A stretch of 63,006 nucleotides of DNA, the filler included, from a bacterium (lineage in GTDB: Bacteria; JBDRGX01), in the NCBI GenBank assembly GCA_043817485.1. It is 8 parts of 8 records of this genome, joined end to end, with 100 filler letters (N's around TTAATTAATTAA, not from the genome) between each part and the next. Parts side by side here need not be neighbours in the genome. Positions count along the whole stretch, not along the records: positions 32,635 to 38,001 come from JBDRGX010000091.1; positions 38,102 to 49,386 come from JBDRGX010000093.1; 6 more parts are not named here. One strand, written 5' to 3'. How positions within the stretch are numbered: the first letter of the stretch is position 1; each line of letters begins with the position of its first letter. Shown piece after piece: positions 32,637 to 42,983 of this stretch. The translations under genes were made by a program, and so were the position numbers. The notes below the pieces were generated by a model that saw only the letters and a list, made by a program, of their open reading frames with translations, had not been told where the DNA came from and did no database searches.

Positions 32637-34037
32637 GCTACAGAACAACCAAATGGAAGAAAAATAGTAAAAGATACAAAGGGAATTATTCATATTGTTT
32701 TTTCAGATGGCAATAATATTATGTATACTAAATCTAATGCAAACCAAAATACAGATTTTATTATTCCAATTATAATAGTAAGTGGTGATAATTTACAACA
32801 TTGTGCTTTAGCTATTGATAGTAATAATAATTTACATTTAGTTTGGGATGAAGATGAACAAGAAATTTACTATAAAAAATGCATAAATGGAATTTGGAAT
32901 AATAATATTTTTAATATTAGTGATACTCCAAAAGATAAATCACGCTTTCCTTCTATTGTAGTTGATAATAATAATAATGTTCAAGTATTTTGGGAAGATA
33001 GATTTCGCAGTGAAAATCAGTCTAATATTTTTTATCGCAAATATAATGCAATAACTGAAAATTGGTTAGTAGTAACACAAATTAATAATTCATTTAATAA
33101 AAAATCTGCAATGGTAGATGTTGATAAAGATTCTCAAAATAATCTTTATGTAGTATGGGGTGAATACAACAATGCAGGAATAGGACAAGATGGAGTAAAT
33201 ATTTCTATGAGAAAATATAACTCTAAAGACGAAATTTGGGAACCAATTATTTCTAATTTAAGTAATACTAATTATTGGTCATGTGAACCTAATATTATAA
33301 TTGATAATAATGATGTTATTCACTTATCCTGGGGTGATGCAATACTTTCAGATACAGGAATTGTCATAGAAGAAAAAATTTATTATAGAAAATGTGTAAA
33401 TGGAATTTGGGATCAAAAAAATACCATAATTGGAAATTTTTCTAATCTTCGTTCTTTTTGTCCTAGTTTAAGCTATGATAATAATAATAATATTTATTGT
33501 ACTTGGTTTACTGGAAGTTATGATGTCTCTAATGATACAGAAATATATTATCGTCAAAAAAAAATATCTGAAGAATGGGGAGAAATTATAAATATTTCTA
33601 ATAGTATAGATAAAAATAATTATTGTCCAAGTAGTGCAAAAAAAATTGATGAAAAAATTGATATTGTTTGTGCAGAAAATACTGTTGATAAATTTTTTAA
33701 TGTAATTTATTATTCTCATGAAATAGATACAAATATAGATAAAAAAATATTTTATAATAATAAAATAGGTAATTCATATCCAAATCCATTTAATCCCGAA
33801 TGTTATATTCCATTAGAAATAACAAACAACAAATCTTCAAATATAAATGCTAAAATAAAAATATATAATATCCTTGGCCAAGTAGTTAGAGAAGTAATTA
33901 CAAATAATGCAAACAATTCAGTATATTGGGATGGAAGAGATAATTTAGGAAAAGAAATAAGTTCAGGAATGTATTTTTATGAAACAATTATAGACAACAA
34001 AACACAAAATTGTAAAAAAATGTTGATGTTGAAATAA
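32637..34037 (+). CDS. Exported repeat (beta-propeller-like) protein with C-terminal FlgD-Ig/T9SS-like domain, 5'-truncated
   Basis: Frame is open from the contig start; repeats DSNNNLHLVW, DNNNNVQVFW, DSQNNLYVVW, DNNDVIHLSW, DNNNNIYCTW; tail YPNPFNP...IYNILGQVVR...WDGRD...SSGMYFY...KMLMLK. Confidence 0.85.
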   Translation, partial: ATEQPNGRKIVKDTKGIIHIVFSDGNNIMYTKSNANQNTDFIIPIIIVSGDNLQHCALAIDSNNNLHLVWDEDEQEIYYKKCINGIWNNNIFNISDTPKDKSRFPSIVVDNNNNVQVFWEDRFRSENQSNIFYRKYNAITENWLVVTQINNSFNKKSAMVDVDKDSQNNLYVVWGEYNNAGIGQDGVNISMRKYNSKDEIWEPIISNLSNTNYWSCEPNIIIDNNDVIHLSWGDAILSDTGIVIEEKIYYRKCVNGIWDQKNTIIGNFSNLRSFCPSLSYDNNNNIYCTWFTGSYDVSNDTEIYYRQKKISEEWGEIINISNSIDKNNYCPSSAKKIDEKIDIVCAENTVDKFFNVIYYSHEIDTNIDKKIFYNNKIGNSYPNPFNPECYIPLEITNNKSSNINAKIKIYNILGQVVREVITNNANNSVYWDGRDNLGKEISSGMYFYETIIDNKTQNCKKMLMLK

Positions 34038-34045
34038 TATTATAG

Positions 34046-34083
34046 ATTTTATAGAGATGCAAATTTTTGCATCTCTATAAAAT
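34046..34083. terminator. Long palindrome (REP-like), probable terminator
   Basis: ATTTTATAGAGATGCAAA-TT-TTTGCATCTCTATAAAAT directly after the stop codon. Confidence 0.65.
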
Positions 34084-34265
34084 ATTAAAGCAATAATTTC
34101 TTTTTCCAAAATAGTAAGTAATCACATTTATCAAAGTATATTACTTTAATACTTTTTTTTAAAAAAGCAAAAAAATATGTAAATAATTTAAAAATACTAC
34201 ACTACTTTTTACATTTTTTGCAATATATATTTTTATACAATTTTTAATTTTTTAAAGGAAAAAAT

Positions 34266-35120
34266 ATGGATAAATTTTTTATTTTAGATGGACAAGGACT
34301 TCTTTATAAAGCTTATTATGCTCTTCCTCCATTAACAGATAAACAAGGAATGGTAGTAAATGCTATTTTGGGAGTTTCAAGAATGCTATTAAAATTAATT
34401 AAAGAAAATTCGCCCGAATATATTGCAATTTGTTTTGATCTTCCAAAACCAACTTTTAGACATCTTAAATATAATCAATATAAAATTCAAAGAAAAAAAA
34501 CACCAAGTGAATTAATTTCTCAAATTTTGCCTTTAAAAAATATAATTAAAAATTTTCAAATTCCTATTTTTGAATTAGAAGGATTTGAAGCAGATGATTT
34601 AATTGCTACATTAACAGAAAAAACAAAAAAAGATTTAGTAGAAATAATTATTATTAGCAATGATAAAGATATTTTGCAATTAGTTAATGAAAAAGTGAAA
34701 GTTTTATTTAATAAAAAAGGATTATCAGATTTGATTACTTATGATTTAAAAAAAGTCATAGAAGAAAAAAAATTTTTTCCTATTCAATTTCCTGATATAG
34801 TTGGTTTAATAGGAGATCAATCGGATAATATTCCAGGAATAAATGGAATTGGACCTAAAACAGCTTTAAAATTAATTAAAGAATATGGATCATTAGAAAA
34901 AATTTATGAAAATATTTCTTTAATTTCTCCATATACTTTAAAAAATAATCTTATAAATTCTAAAGAAATTGCCTTTTTAAGCAAAGAATTAGCTATTTTA
35001 AAAAAAGATGTACCTATAGATTTTAATTTGGAAGAATGTAGATTTAAAGGAATAGATAAAGAAAAATTAAAAGATTCATTTGCTTATTATAATTTTAATT
35101 CTTTATTACCCTTTATTTAA
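34266..35120 (+). CDS. Stand-alone 5'-3' exonuclease/flap endonuclease (PolA N-terminal domain family)
   Basis: LDGQGLLYKAYYA, TFRH, YKIQR, FEADD, SNDKD, GDQSDNIPG, GIGPKTA; ends after the nuclease domain with a convergent gene next. Confidence 0.9.
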   Translation: MDKFFILDGQGLLYKAYYALPPLTDKQGMVVNAILGVSRMLLKLIKENSPEYIAICFDLPKPTFRHLKYNQYKIQRKKTPSELISQILPLKNIIKNFQIPIFELEGFEADDLIATLTEKTKKDLVEIIIISNDKDILQLVNEKVKVLFNKKGLSDLITYDLKKVIEEKKFFPIQFPDIVGLIGDQSDNIPGINGIGPKTALKLIKEYGSLEKIYENISLISPYTLKNNLINSKEIAFLSKELAILKKDVPIDFNLEECRFKGIDKEKLKDSFAYYNFNSLLPFI

Positions 35121-35227
35121 AAATCAATTTTTTTTTGAATTATTCTAAATTCTGTTTTTTTTCTTCATTTTTAATTCCTAATTTTTAATTCTCTTCTGTC
35201 TCCCATATTTTAAACTGAAAATATTTT

Positions 35228-36472
35228 TTATTCTGGAAAAGCAATTTTTCCTTTAATTGCTGACATAGCTGCAATAGCTGGATTTGATAAATAAACTTTA
35301 CTTTTCGTATCTCCCATTCTACCTACAAAATTTCTATTAGTAGTAGCAATTGCTACTTCCCCAGGAGCTAAAATCCCCATATGTCCACCTAGACAAGGAC
35401 CACAAGTTGGAGTACTAACTACTGCTCCAGCTTCAATAAATATTTCAATAAATCCTTTTTTAATCGCTTCTAAATAAATTTGTTGAGTCCCTGGAATAAT
35501 AATAGTTCTTACATCTGGATGAACTTTTTTGCCTTTTAAAATTGAAGCAGCAATATCTAAATCTTCTATTCTACCATTAGTACAAGATCCTATTACTACT
35601 TGATCAACAAATACTTCTTCTATTTCTGAAATAGGTTTTACATTACTTGGAAGATCTGGACAAGCTACTTGTGGTTCAATTTTGCAACAATCTATTTCAA
35701 TTATTTGTTCATATTTAGCATCTTTATCAGATGTAAAAATTTTATAATCTCTTTTTGCTCTATTTTTTAAATAAGATAATGTTATTTCATCTACAGAAAT
35801 AATTCCATTTTTAGCACCTGCTTCAATTACCATATTGCACATTGTTAATCTTCCACTCATATCCAATTCATCAATTACTTCTCCAGTAAATTCCATTGAT
35901 TTATATAAAGCACCATCAACACCTATTTTCCCAATAGTATATAAAATCAAATCTTTTCCACTAACCCATTTATTAAGTTTTCCATAATAAATAAATTTTA
36001 TGCTTGAAGGAATTTTAAACCATAATTTTCCAGTTAACATTGCTGCAGCCAAATCTGTACTTCCTACTCCAGTAGAAAATAATCCTAATGCTCCATAAGT
36101 ACAAGTATGAGAATCTGCTCCAATAACTAAATCCCCTGATACTACTAAGCCCTGTTCTGGTAAAAGACAATGTTCAATTCCCATTTTACCAATTTCAAAA
36201 TAATTAGTAATCTTTTGAGTTTTAGCAAATTCTCGTAATTTTTTACATTGAATAGCTGATTTAATATCTTTATTTGGAGTAAAATGATCTGGTACTAAAA
36301 CAATTTTTTCTTTATCAAATACTTTTGTTCCATTTTTATAAAATTCATCTATAGCCAAAGGTGCAGTAACATCATTCCCTAATATTAAATCTACTTCTGC
36401 TTCAATTAATTCATTGGGCTCTACAAATTCTTTTTTACAATGATACGCTAAAATTTTTTCTGTAATGGTCAT
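35228..36472 (-). CDS. leuC: 3-isopropylmalate dehydratase large subunit (LeuC/HacA type)
   Basis: [48 protein letters not shown]. Confidence 0.92.
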   Translation of the reverse strand: MTITEKILAYHCKKEFVEPNELIEAEVDLILGNDVTAPLAIDEFYKNGTKVFDKEKIVLVPDHFTPNKDIKSAIQCKKLREFAKTQKITNYFEIGKMGIEHCLLPEQGLVVSGDLVIGADSHTCTYGALGLFSTGVGSTDLAAAMLTGKLWFKIPSSIKFIYYGKLNKWVSGKDLILYTIGKIGVDGALYKSMEFTGEVIDELDMSGRLTMCNMVIEAGAKNGIISVDEITLSYLKNRAKRDYKIFTSDKDAKYEQIIEIDCCKIEPQVACPDLPSNVKPISEIEEVFVDQVVIGSCTNGRIEDLDIAASILKGKKVHPDVRTIIIPGTQQIYLEAIKKGFIEIFIEAGAVVSTPTCGPCLGGHMGILAPGEVAIATTNRNFVGRMGDTKSKVYLSNPAIAAMSAIKGKIAFPE

Positions 36473-36473
36473 A

Positions 36474-38000
36474 TTAATCCTCCAACCATTTAACTTCATA
36501 AAGAGATATAACTTGTGATCTACCTCTTAAAATTAAAGATTCTGATTTAAAAACTTTTATTTTTTTTTTAATTTTTTCATAAGTATTTTCGCTAATAAGA
36601 ATTTGATTTGCTAAAGCTCTTTCTTCTATTCTTGAAGCAATATTTACATTATCTCCAATTACTGTATACTCCATTCTTTGCATTGAACCAATATTACCAG
36701 CAACTACTTCTCCAGTATTAATGCCAATTCCAATTTCAAATAATTCTTTACCTTCTTTCATCCAATCTTTTTTAATAATTTTTAAATGTTTTTGCATTTC
36801 AATAGCACATTGTACTGCTCTCAGGGTATCATTTGAATGAGAAAAAGGCGCTCCAAAAACTGCCATTAAACAATCTCCAATATATTTATCTACAGTTCCC
36901 TCATATTTAAAAATTAAATTTGTCATTTCTAAAAAATATTCATTTAATATTGCCATTGTAATAGTTGGATCCATTTTTTCTACATTAGAAGTAAAATTAC
37001 GAATATCTGCAAAAAGAATAGTAACTTCTTTTTTTTCTCCACCTAAAGAAATTTCACCTTTTTCCTTTATGATTTTATCAACTACACTAGGAGAAAGATA
37101 CCTTTGTAAATTACTTCTTAATCTAATTTCTTGTTGAATATTTTCATAAAGTCTCGCATTTTCAATAATAATAGATGATTGATTAGATAAAGCAGTTAAC
37201 AAATCAAGATCTTCTTCTTTAAAAACACCAGTAACTATATTAGTATCTACATAAATAATCCCTATTATTTTTCCTTTTATCCAAAGAGGTACACACATTG
37301 CAGATTTAATATCAAAAGCAGCAATACTAGCACCTTCTTTAAATCTCGGATCTTTACAAGCATCTTGTGTTAGAATAGATTGTTTATTTTTCAAACAACT
37401 TTCAACAATAGTTTTACTTATAGTAATTTTATCAGATGTTTTAGAATTTTTATAACGAACAACTTGAGGAATAAGTTCATTTGTTTTTTCATCTATTAAC
37501 ATTAAAAAAACTCTATCTACATTTAAAACAGTAAAAATAAAATCAACTATTCTATCTAATAATTTTTCTAAATCAAAAATAAAATTTATATCATTTCCAA
37601 TCTGATAAAGAATGGCTAATTTTTTTTCTTGAAATGATAATGCTTTTTTAATAGAGATTACATCTGTTTGTTCAATTGATTTAATAATAGTATTTGATTT
37701 TTCTAATACATTTCTTTCTTGACTTAAGATTACTTCTTCTACTTGTTTTTCTACAAATAAAAAATCAATTCTACCAATTCTTATTCTATCTCCATTTTTA
37801 ATAGATGTTTTTGAAACAAGAATATCATTAACAAAAATTCCATTTTTACTATTTTGATCCTTAATAATATAAGTATTTTTTTCTTTAGTAATTATTGCAT
37901 GTTTTCTTGAAACACTTATATCTGAAACAACAATATCATTAGAAAAAATTCTACCAATGGTAGTAATGTTTTTATTTAATTCAAAAACACATCCTTTATC
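36474..38000 (-). CDS. FHA-GAF-adenylate/guanylate cyclase, 5'-truncated by contig end
   Basis: Frame open to the gap: FHA (TIGR..SRKHA..SKNG), GAF (SAMCVPL..GIIYVD), class III cyclase ([23 protein letters not shown]). Confidence 0.9.
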   Translation of the reverse strand, partial: DKGCVFELNKNITTIGRIFSNDIVVSDISVSRKHAIITKEKNTYIIKDQNSKNGIFVNDILVSKTSIKNGDRIRIGRIDFLFVEKQVEEVILSQERNVLEKSNTIIKSIEQTDVISIKKALSFQEKKLAILYQIGNDINFIFDLEKLLDRIVDFIFTVLNVDRVFLMLIDEKTNELIPQVVRYKNSKTSDKITISKTIVESCLKNKQSILTQDACKDPRFKEGASIAAFDIKSAMCVPLWIKGKIIGIIYVDTNIVTGVFKEEDLDLLTALSNQSSIIIENARLYENIQQEIRLRSNLQRYLSPSVVDKIIKEKGEISLGGEKKEVTILFADIRNFTSNVEKMDPTITMAILNEYFLEMTNLIFKYEGTVDKYIGDCLMAVFGAPFSHSNDTLRAVQCAIEMQKHLKIIKKDWMKEGKELFEIGIGINTGEVVAGNIGSMQRMEYTVIGDNVNIASRIEERALANQILISENTYEKIKKKIKVFKSESLILRGRSQVISLYEVKWLED

Positions 38001-38135
38001 ANNNNNNNNNNNNNNNNNNNNNNNNNNNNNNNNNNNNNNNNNNNNTTAATTAATTAANNNNNNNNNNNNNNNNNNNNNNNNNNNNNNNNNNNNNNNNNNN
38101 NCATTGTTTTTGCCAAAAAAAAATTTGATATTCAT

Positions 38136-38214
38136 TGGTCGGGGTGAGAGGATTTGAACCTCCGACCTCAGCGTCCCGAACGCTGCACGCTAAACCAGAC
38201 TGCGCTACACCCCG
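38136..38214 (-). tRNA. tRNA-Pro (CGG)
   Basis: Reverse complement CGGGGTGTAGCGCAGTCTGGTTTAGCGTG-CAGCG-TTCGGGA-CGCTG-AGGTCGGAGGTTCAAATCCTCTCACCCCGACCA. Confidence 0.95.
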
Positions 38215-38219
38215 AAATA

Positions 38220-39050
38220 TTATTTCTCTTGATTATTTTTATTTATATAATTTAATAATGTTTCTAATGTATTTTTCAACTCTTTTCTTTCTACAATTAT
38301 ATCTATCATTCCATGAGAAAGTTGAAATTCTGATTTTTGAAATCCTTGTGGTAATTTTTGTCTAATAGTTTGTTCAATTACTCTTGGTCCAGCAAAACCA
38401 ATTAAAGATTTTGGCTCTGCAATAATAATATCCCCTAAAGAAGCAAAACTTGCCCAAACACCACCCATTGTAGGATCAGTAACAACAGAAAGATATAATC
38501 CTCCTTGAGAGTGAAATTTACCTAATGCTGCACTTGTTTTAGCCATTTGCATTAAAGAAAAAATTCCTTCATACATTCGAGCACCACCACCAGAACCAGA
38601 AATAATTATAAGGGGCTTTTTAGAAGAAATTGCTTTTTCAATAATTCGAGTAATTTTTTCTCCAACTACTGAACCCATAGATCCCATTAAAAATCTTGAA
38701 TCAGTAAGTGCTACACAAATTGAATGATTTCCAATTTTTGCAGTACCTACTATGCAAGCTTCTTTTAATCCAGTTTTTTTTTGATCTCTTTCTAATTTTT
38801 CTGAATAAAATGGAAAATTAAGAATATTTACAGATTCTAAATTAGTTTCTGTTTCTTTAAAACTATTTTTTTCAAACAAGTATTCAATTCTTTCTTTTAC
38901 AGATAATCTAAAATGATTTTTACATTTTGGACAAACTTTATAATTTTTTTCTAATTCTTTATTATAAATAATTTCTCCACAACTATTACATTTTGTCCAA
39001 AGTCCTGTAGGAATTTCTTTCGTATGTTTTATTTTATTAATCCATCCCAT
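38220..39050 (-). CDS. accD: Acetyl-CoA carboxylase carboxyltransferase beta subunit
   Basis: GLWTKC zinc ribbon, GSMGSVVGEK, GGARMYEG, IGFAGPRVIEQT. Confidence 0.95.
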   Translation of the reverse strand: MGWINKIKHTKEIPTGLWTKCNSCGEIIYNKELEKNYKVCPKCKNHFRLSVKERIEYLFEKNSFKETETNLESVNILNFPFYSEKLERDQKKTGLKEACIVGTAKIGNHSICVALTDSRFLMGSMGSVVGEKITRIIEKAISSKKPLIIISGSGGGARMYEGIFSLMQMAKTSAALGKFHSQGGLYLSVVTDPTMGGVWASFASLGDIIIAEPKSLIGFAGPRVIEQTIRQKLPQGFQKSEFQLSHGMIDIIVERKELKNTLETLLNYINKNNQEK

Positions 39051-39074
39051 TATTTACCTCTTTTTTTTATAATT

Positions 39075-40628
39075 TTAATGTAAAAACTGTCTTGTTCCAG
39101 TAAATACCATTGCTATATTATGTTGATTACAAAGTTCTATAGATAAATTATCTTTTTTAGATCCACCAGGTTGAATAATCGCTGTAATTCCAACTTTTGC
39201 TGCCATTTCAACAATATCAGGTTTAGGAAAAAAAGCATCTGAAGCTAAAACACTTCCTTTTATTTTATCTCCAGCTTTTTTAATAGCAATTTCCATTGAA
39301 TCTATTCTACTCATTTGTCCAGCCCCTATTCCAATAATTTCATCTTCTAAAGATAAAACAATTGCATTTGATTTTACAGATCTTATAACTTTCCAAGCAA
39401 ATAATAAAGCTTTTTTTTCTTGTTCATTTGGTTCTCTTGAAGTTACAGTTTTTAATTCTAATAAAGGAATTGAAGACAATGATTTTTCTTGAATTAATAT
39501 CCCTCCATTTATTTTTCGTATATCTAAATCTTTTTTTTCTTGTTCAATTTTTCCTAATGCAAATAATAACATATTTCCTTTATTATTTAAAAAATCAAAA
39601 GCTTCTTTTTCATAATCTGGAGCTACGACTACTTGAATAAATGTTTTACTAATTTCTATTGCTGTTAACAAATCTACTTTTCTATTTAAACCAACTATCC
39701 CTCCAAAAGCAGACATAGAATCACAATTATATGCCTTTTTATATGCTTCACAAAGATTATCACTTATTCCTACTCCACAAGGATTATTATGTTTAATAAT
39801 TACAGCACAGATATCTTGAGAAAAAGATTTTAGTATTTCAAGAGTAGCATTTATATCTAAAATATTGTTAAATGAAGTTTCTTGAGCAATAGAAAGTTTT
39901 TTCATTTTTGATAAACTATTTTCTGAAGCATTCCAATCTTTATAAAAAGCTGCTTTTTGATGAGGATTTTCTCCATATCTTAAGTCTTTAACTTTTTCAT
40001 AAGGATAAATAAAAAAAGGAGGGAATAAAGAATCTTTATTGAAAACTGGATATAAATAATTATAAATTACAGCATCATATTTTGCTGTATACATAAAAGC
40101 TTCAACAGCTAATTTTTGACAAGTTTCTAAACTAATTTCACAATTATTTTTTTTAAGTTCATTTAATATTTCTTTATATTTTTGATGATTTACAACAACT
40201 GCTACATCTTTATAATTTTTAGACGCTGCTCTAATTAAAGTAGTGCCTCCAATATCAATATTTTCTATTACTTCATCCAATGATACATTTTCTTTTTTAA
40301 TTGTTTGTTCAAAAGGATATAAATTTACTACGACTAAATCAATTAAATCAATATTATAATTACTAACTTCTTCCATATGTTTTTGAGAATTTCTTATAGC
40401 TAAAATTCCTCCATGAATTTTAGGATGAAGTGTTTTTACTCTTCCATCTAACATTTCTGGAAAACCAGTATAATCAGAAACATCTTTTACTGGAATTTCT
40501 AGTTCTTTTATTACTTTAGCACTTCCTCCAGTAGAAAAAATTTCTATGCCTAAATTGTGTAATTCTTTAGCAAAATTTATAATATCAGTTTTATCAGATA
40601 CACTAATCAAAACTCGCTTTACTTTCAT
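39075..40628 (-). CDS. purH: Bifunctional AICAR transformylase/IMP cyclohydrolase
   Basis: LISVSDK, GRVKTLHP, IDIGG, LRYGENPHQ, KHNNPCG, ASDAFF. Confidence 0.97.
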   Translation of the reverse strand: MKVKRVLISVSDKTDIINFAKELHNLGIEIFSTGGSAKVIKELEIPVKDVSDYTGFPEMLDGRVKTLHPKIHGGILAIRNSQKHMEEVSNYNIDLIDLVVVNLYPFEQTIKKENVSLDEVIENIDIGGTTLIRAASKNYKDVAVVVNHQKYKEILNELKKNNCEISLETCQKLAVEAFMYTAKYDAVIYNYLYPVFNKDSLFPPFFIYPYEKVKDLRYGENPHQKAAFYKDWNASENSLSKMKKLSIAQETSFNNILDINATLEILKSFSQDICAVIIKHNNPCGVGISDNLCEAYKKAYNCDSMSAFGGIVGLNRKVDLLTAIEISKTFIQVVVAPDYEKEAFDFLNNKGNMLLFALGKIEQEKKDLDIRKINGGILIQEKSLSSIPLLELKTVTSREPNEQEKKALLFAWKVIRSVKSNAIVLSLEDEIIGIGAGQMSRIDSMEIAIKKAGDKIKGSVLASDAFFPKPDIVEMAAKVGITAIIQPGGSKKDNLSIELCNQHNIAMVFTGTRQFLH

Positions 40629-40880
40629 TGTACCTCCAATAATTAAACATTGATTGTAAAATTTAATTTTATATCTTTAAAAATATTTTTGGCAAGAAAA
40701 TTTTTTAAAAAAATTTATAAATATATATGTAATCGTATTCTGTAAATATTTTTGCATATATCAAAAAAAGTATATAAAAATATATTTGACATTTTTTGTT
40801 TTTAAATTATAAAATTGCAAAATCAATAATATTTCAAAATAAAATGCAAATTTTTGGTTAAAAAATAAAGGCAAAAAAAA

Positions 40881-41390
40881 TTGAATAAATTAATTATAAT
40901 GTGTTTAATTTTGAGTTCTCTTTCTATAAATTGTGGATATGTTTTTCATTCTGTTCTTCCTTCTCATATAAAAACAATTTGCATAAATACTTTTCAAAAT
41001 AAAACTACTCAATATAATTTGGATAATTTATTAACGGAATCTGTCATTAAAAATTTTACCTATAATCCTCAATTAAAAATTGCTGAAGAAAAAAAAGCAG
41101 ATGGTGTGTTAGAAGGAGAAATTATTAGTTATTTAAAAGAAGAAATTTCTTTTACAGAAAATCAAGTAAAAGAATATAGAATAACAATTTTAGCAAATGT
41201 TAAATTTAGAGATTTAGTAAAAGATAAAATATTTTGGGAAGAAAAAAATATAGAAGGAAAAGCAATTTATTCTTCTTTACAAAAAGACACAACATATTTT
41301 CAAATGATTTCTACTGAAGAAGAAGCAATTAAAGAATCTATTAATCAATTATCACAAAAAATAGTAAATAGAACTATTTCTGGATGGTAA
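40881..41390 (+). CDS. lptE: LptE-like LPS assembly lipoprotein
   Basis: Lipobox-like N-CGY, F-x-N-x-T, ADGVLEGEI, IFWEE, C-terminal W. Confidence 0.75.
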   Translation: MNKLIIMCLILSSLSINCGYVFHSVLPSHIKTICINTFQNKTTQYNLDNLLTESVIKNFTYNPQLKIAEEKKADGVLEGEIISYLKEEISFTENQVKEYRITILANVKFRDLVKDKIFWEEKNIEGKAIYSSLQKDTTYFQMISTEEEAIKESINQLSQKIVNRTISGW

Positions 41391-41414
41391 TTTAAAAAAG
41401 GAGATTTTTATTAA

Positions 41415-42692
41415 ATGGAAAAAAATATTTGTATTTTTGAAGATGATAAATTTAGTCAATTATTTCCATTAGTTTATTGTCGACCTGTTTTTGATTTAAA
41501 ATGTGGTATTTTGACTTTGGAAGAAAGAATTAAAAAATATTATTCTACTGCTTCTTTTCATATTCAATGTAGAGAAAATTTGGTATCTTTACAAAAACAA
41601 AAAAATAAAGCAATATCTTACAATGATTTAAAAGAACTTGAAAATAATGGTTGTTTATTTCTTAATGGAAAAATATTAATAGATCAAGAATTTGTTAATA
41701 ATGTTAATATTATTGGACCAGATGAAATTGGAATATGTCAAGAAGAAGTTGTATATATTCGAGCATCAAGTGAATTATTAAAAAAAATAAAGAATTTATG
41801 GAAAATACCTTTAAACACAGAATTAGTAGAAAAATTAAAACAAATTATAAAAGTAAAAGAAATAAAAGTGAATTTGATAAATTATATTTGGGATACAATT
41901 AAATATAACAGCGAAATGCTTCAAAAAGATTATGAGTTTTTGATTGGAAAAGGAAAAATAGAAGGATTTATAGATCCTTTAGCAACAATATATGGAGATA
42001 AAAAAAATCTTTATACAGCAAAAAATAGTAGAATTGAAGCAGGTGTTGTAATCAATCTTACAAGTGGACCAGTTTATTTGGATGAAGATGCTTGTATTCG
42101 TCCACCTTCTATAATTGATGGACCTTGTTATATCGGTAAAAAAACTGTTATTGATGGTGCAAAACTTAGAAGTGGAAATAGTATTGGTCCAGTATGTAAA
42201 ATAGCAGGAGAACTTGAAGAATCTATTATTCTTGGTTATTCAAATAAACATCATGATGGATTTTTAGGACATGCTTATTTAGGTGAATGGGTAAATTTAG
42301 GAGCCATGACTACTAATAGTGATTTAAAAAATAATTATGGTGAAATTAAAATATATGTAAATGGAGAATTAATAAATACAGGCGAAATCAAATTAGGTTG
42401 TTTTATTGGAGATCATACTAAAACTGGAATTGGTACTTTAATTAATACTGGCTCTACTTTTGGAGTAGCAAGTAATTTATTTGGCGGCAAAGAAGTATTA
42501 CCTAAATTTGTTCCTTCTTTTTCATGGGGAGATGGAACTTCTTTTGTAGTTCATAATACAGAAAAAGCAATTAGTAATGCTAAAAAAATTATGGCAAGAA
42601 GAAAAGTTGTATTAACAGACATAGAAGCAAATATACTTAAAGAAATTTTTGAAACAACAAAAGAGGAAAGAAAAAATTTAGGAATAAAATAA
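41415..42692 (+). CDS. GlmU-like putative sugar nucleotidyltransferase with hexapeptide repeats
   Basis: FPLVYCRPVFDLKCG, NKHHDGFLGHAYLGEWVNLGA, SDLKNNY, FIGDHTK. Confidence 0.85.
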   Translation: MEKNICIFEDDKFSQLFPLVYCRPVFDLKCGILTLEERIKKYYSTASFHIQCRENLVSLQKQKNKAISYNDLKELENNGCLFLNGKILIDQEFVNNVNIIGPDEIGICQEEVVYIRASSELLKKIKNLWKIPLNTELVEKLKQIIKVKEIKVNLINYIWDTIKYNSEMLQKDYEFLIGKGKIEGFIDPLATIYGDKKNLYTAKNSRIEAGVVINLTSGPVYLDEDACIRPPSIIDGPCYIGKKTVIDGAKLRSGNSIGPVCKIAGELEESIILGYSNKHHDGFLGHAYLGEWVNLGAMTTNSDLKNNYGEIKIYVNGELINTGEIKLGCFIGDHTKTGIGTLINTGSTFGVASNLFGGKEVLPKFVPSFSWGDGTSFVVHNTEKAISNAKKIMARRKVVLTDIEANILKEIFETTKEERKNLGIK

Positions 42693-42708
42693 AATTTACA
42701 AAAAAATC

Positions 42709-42736
42709 TTGACTTATAAAAATATTTTCATATAAT
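42709..42736 (+). promoter_or_regulatory. Sigma70-type promoter of tRNA-Asn
   Basis: TTGACT-16 nt-TATAAT 20 nt upstream of the tRNA. Confidence 0.6.
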
Positions 42737-42756
42737 TCAAACTTTTCAAACTTTAT

Positions 42757-42831
42757 TCCCCGGTAGCTCAATGGCAGAGTAGGTGGCTGTTAACCACTTG
42801 GTTGCTGGTTCGAATCCAGCCCGGGGAGCCA
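42757..42831 (+). tRNA. tRNA-Asn (GTT)
   Basis: TCCCCGG acceptor, GGTGG-CTGTTAA-CCACT anticodon arm, GGTTCGAATCC T-loop, CCA end. Confidence 0.96.
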
Positions 42832-42983
42832 AGTTAATTTATCTACTGCCTATTATAATTCAAAAATGTGTCTGCATAAAATACCCATTTCTATTTAAAA
42901 AATTGAATGTAACAGTTTAGTAAGTCAAAATCATAAATATAAATGTATTTATATATATGATGATGAATAATTGAAGGGTCATT

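Noticed and set aside
38135-38365. 76-aa ORF MVGVRGFEPPTS...
   Set aside because: Antisense translation of tRNA-Pro and the end of accD
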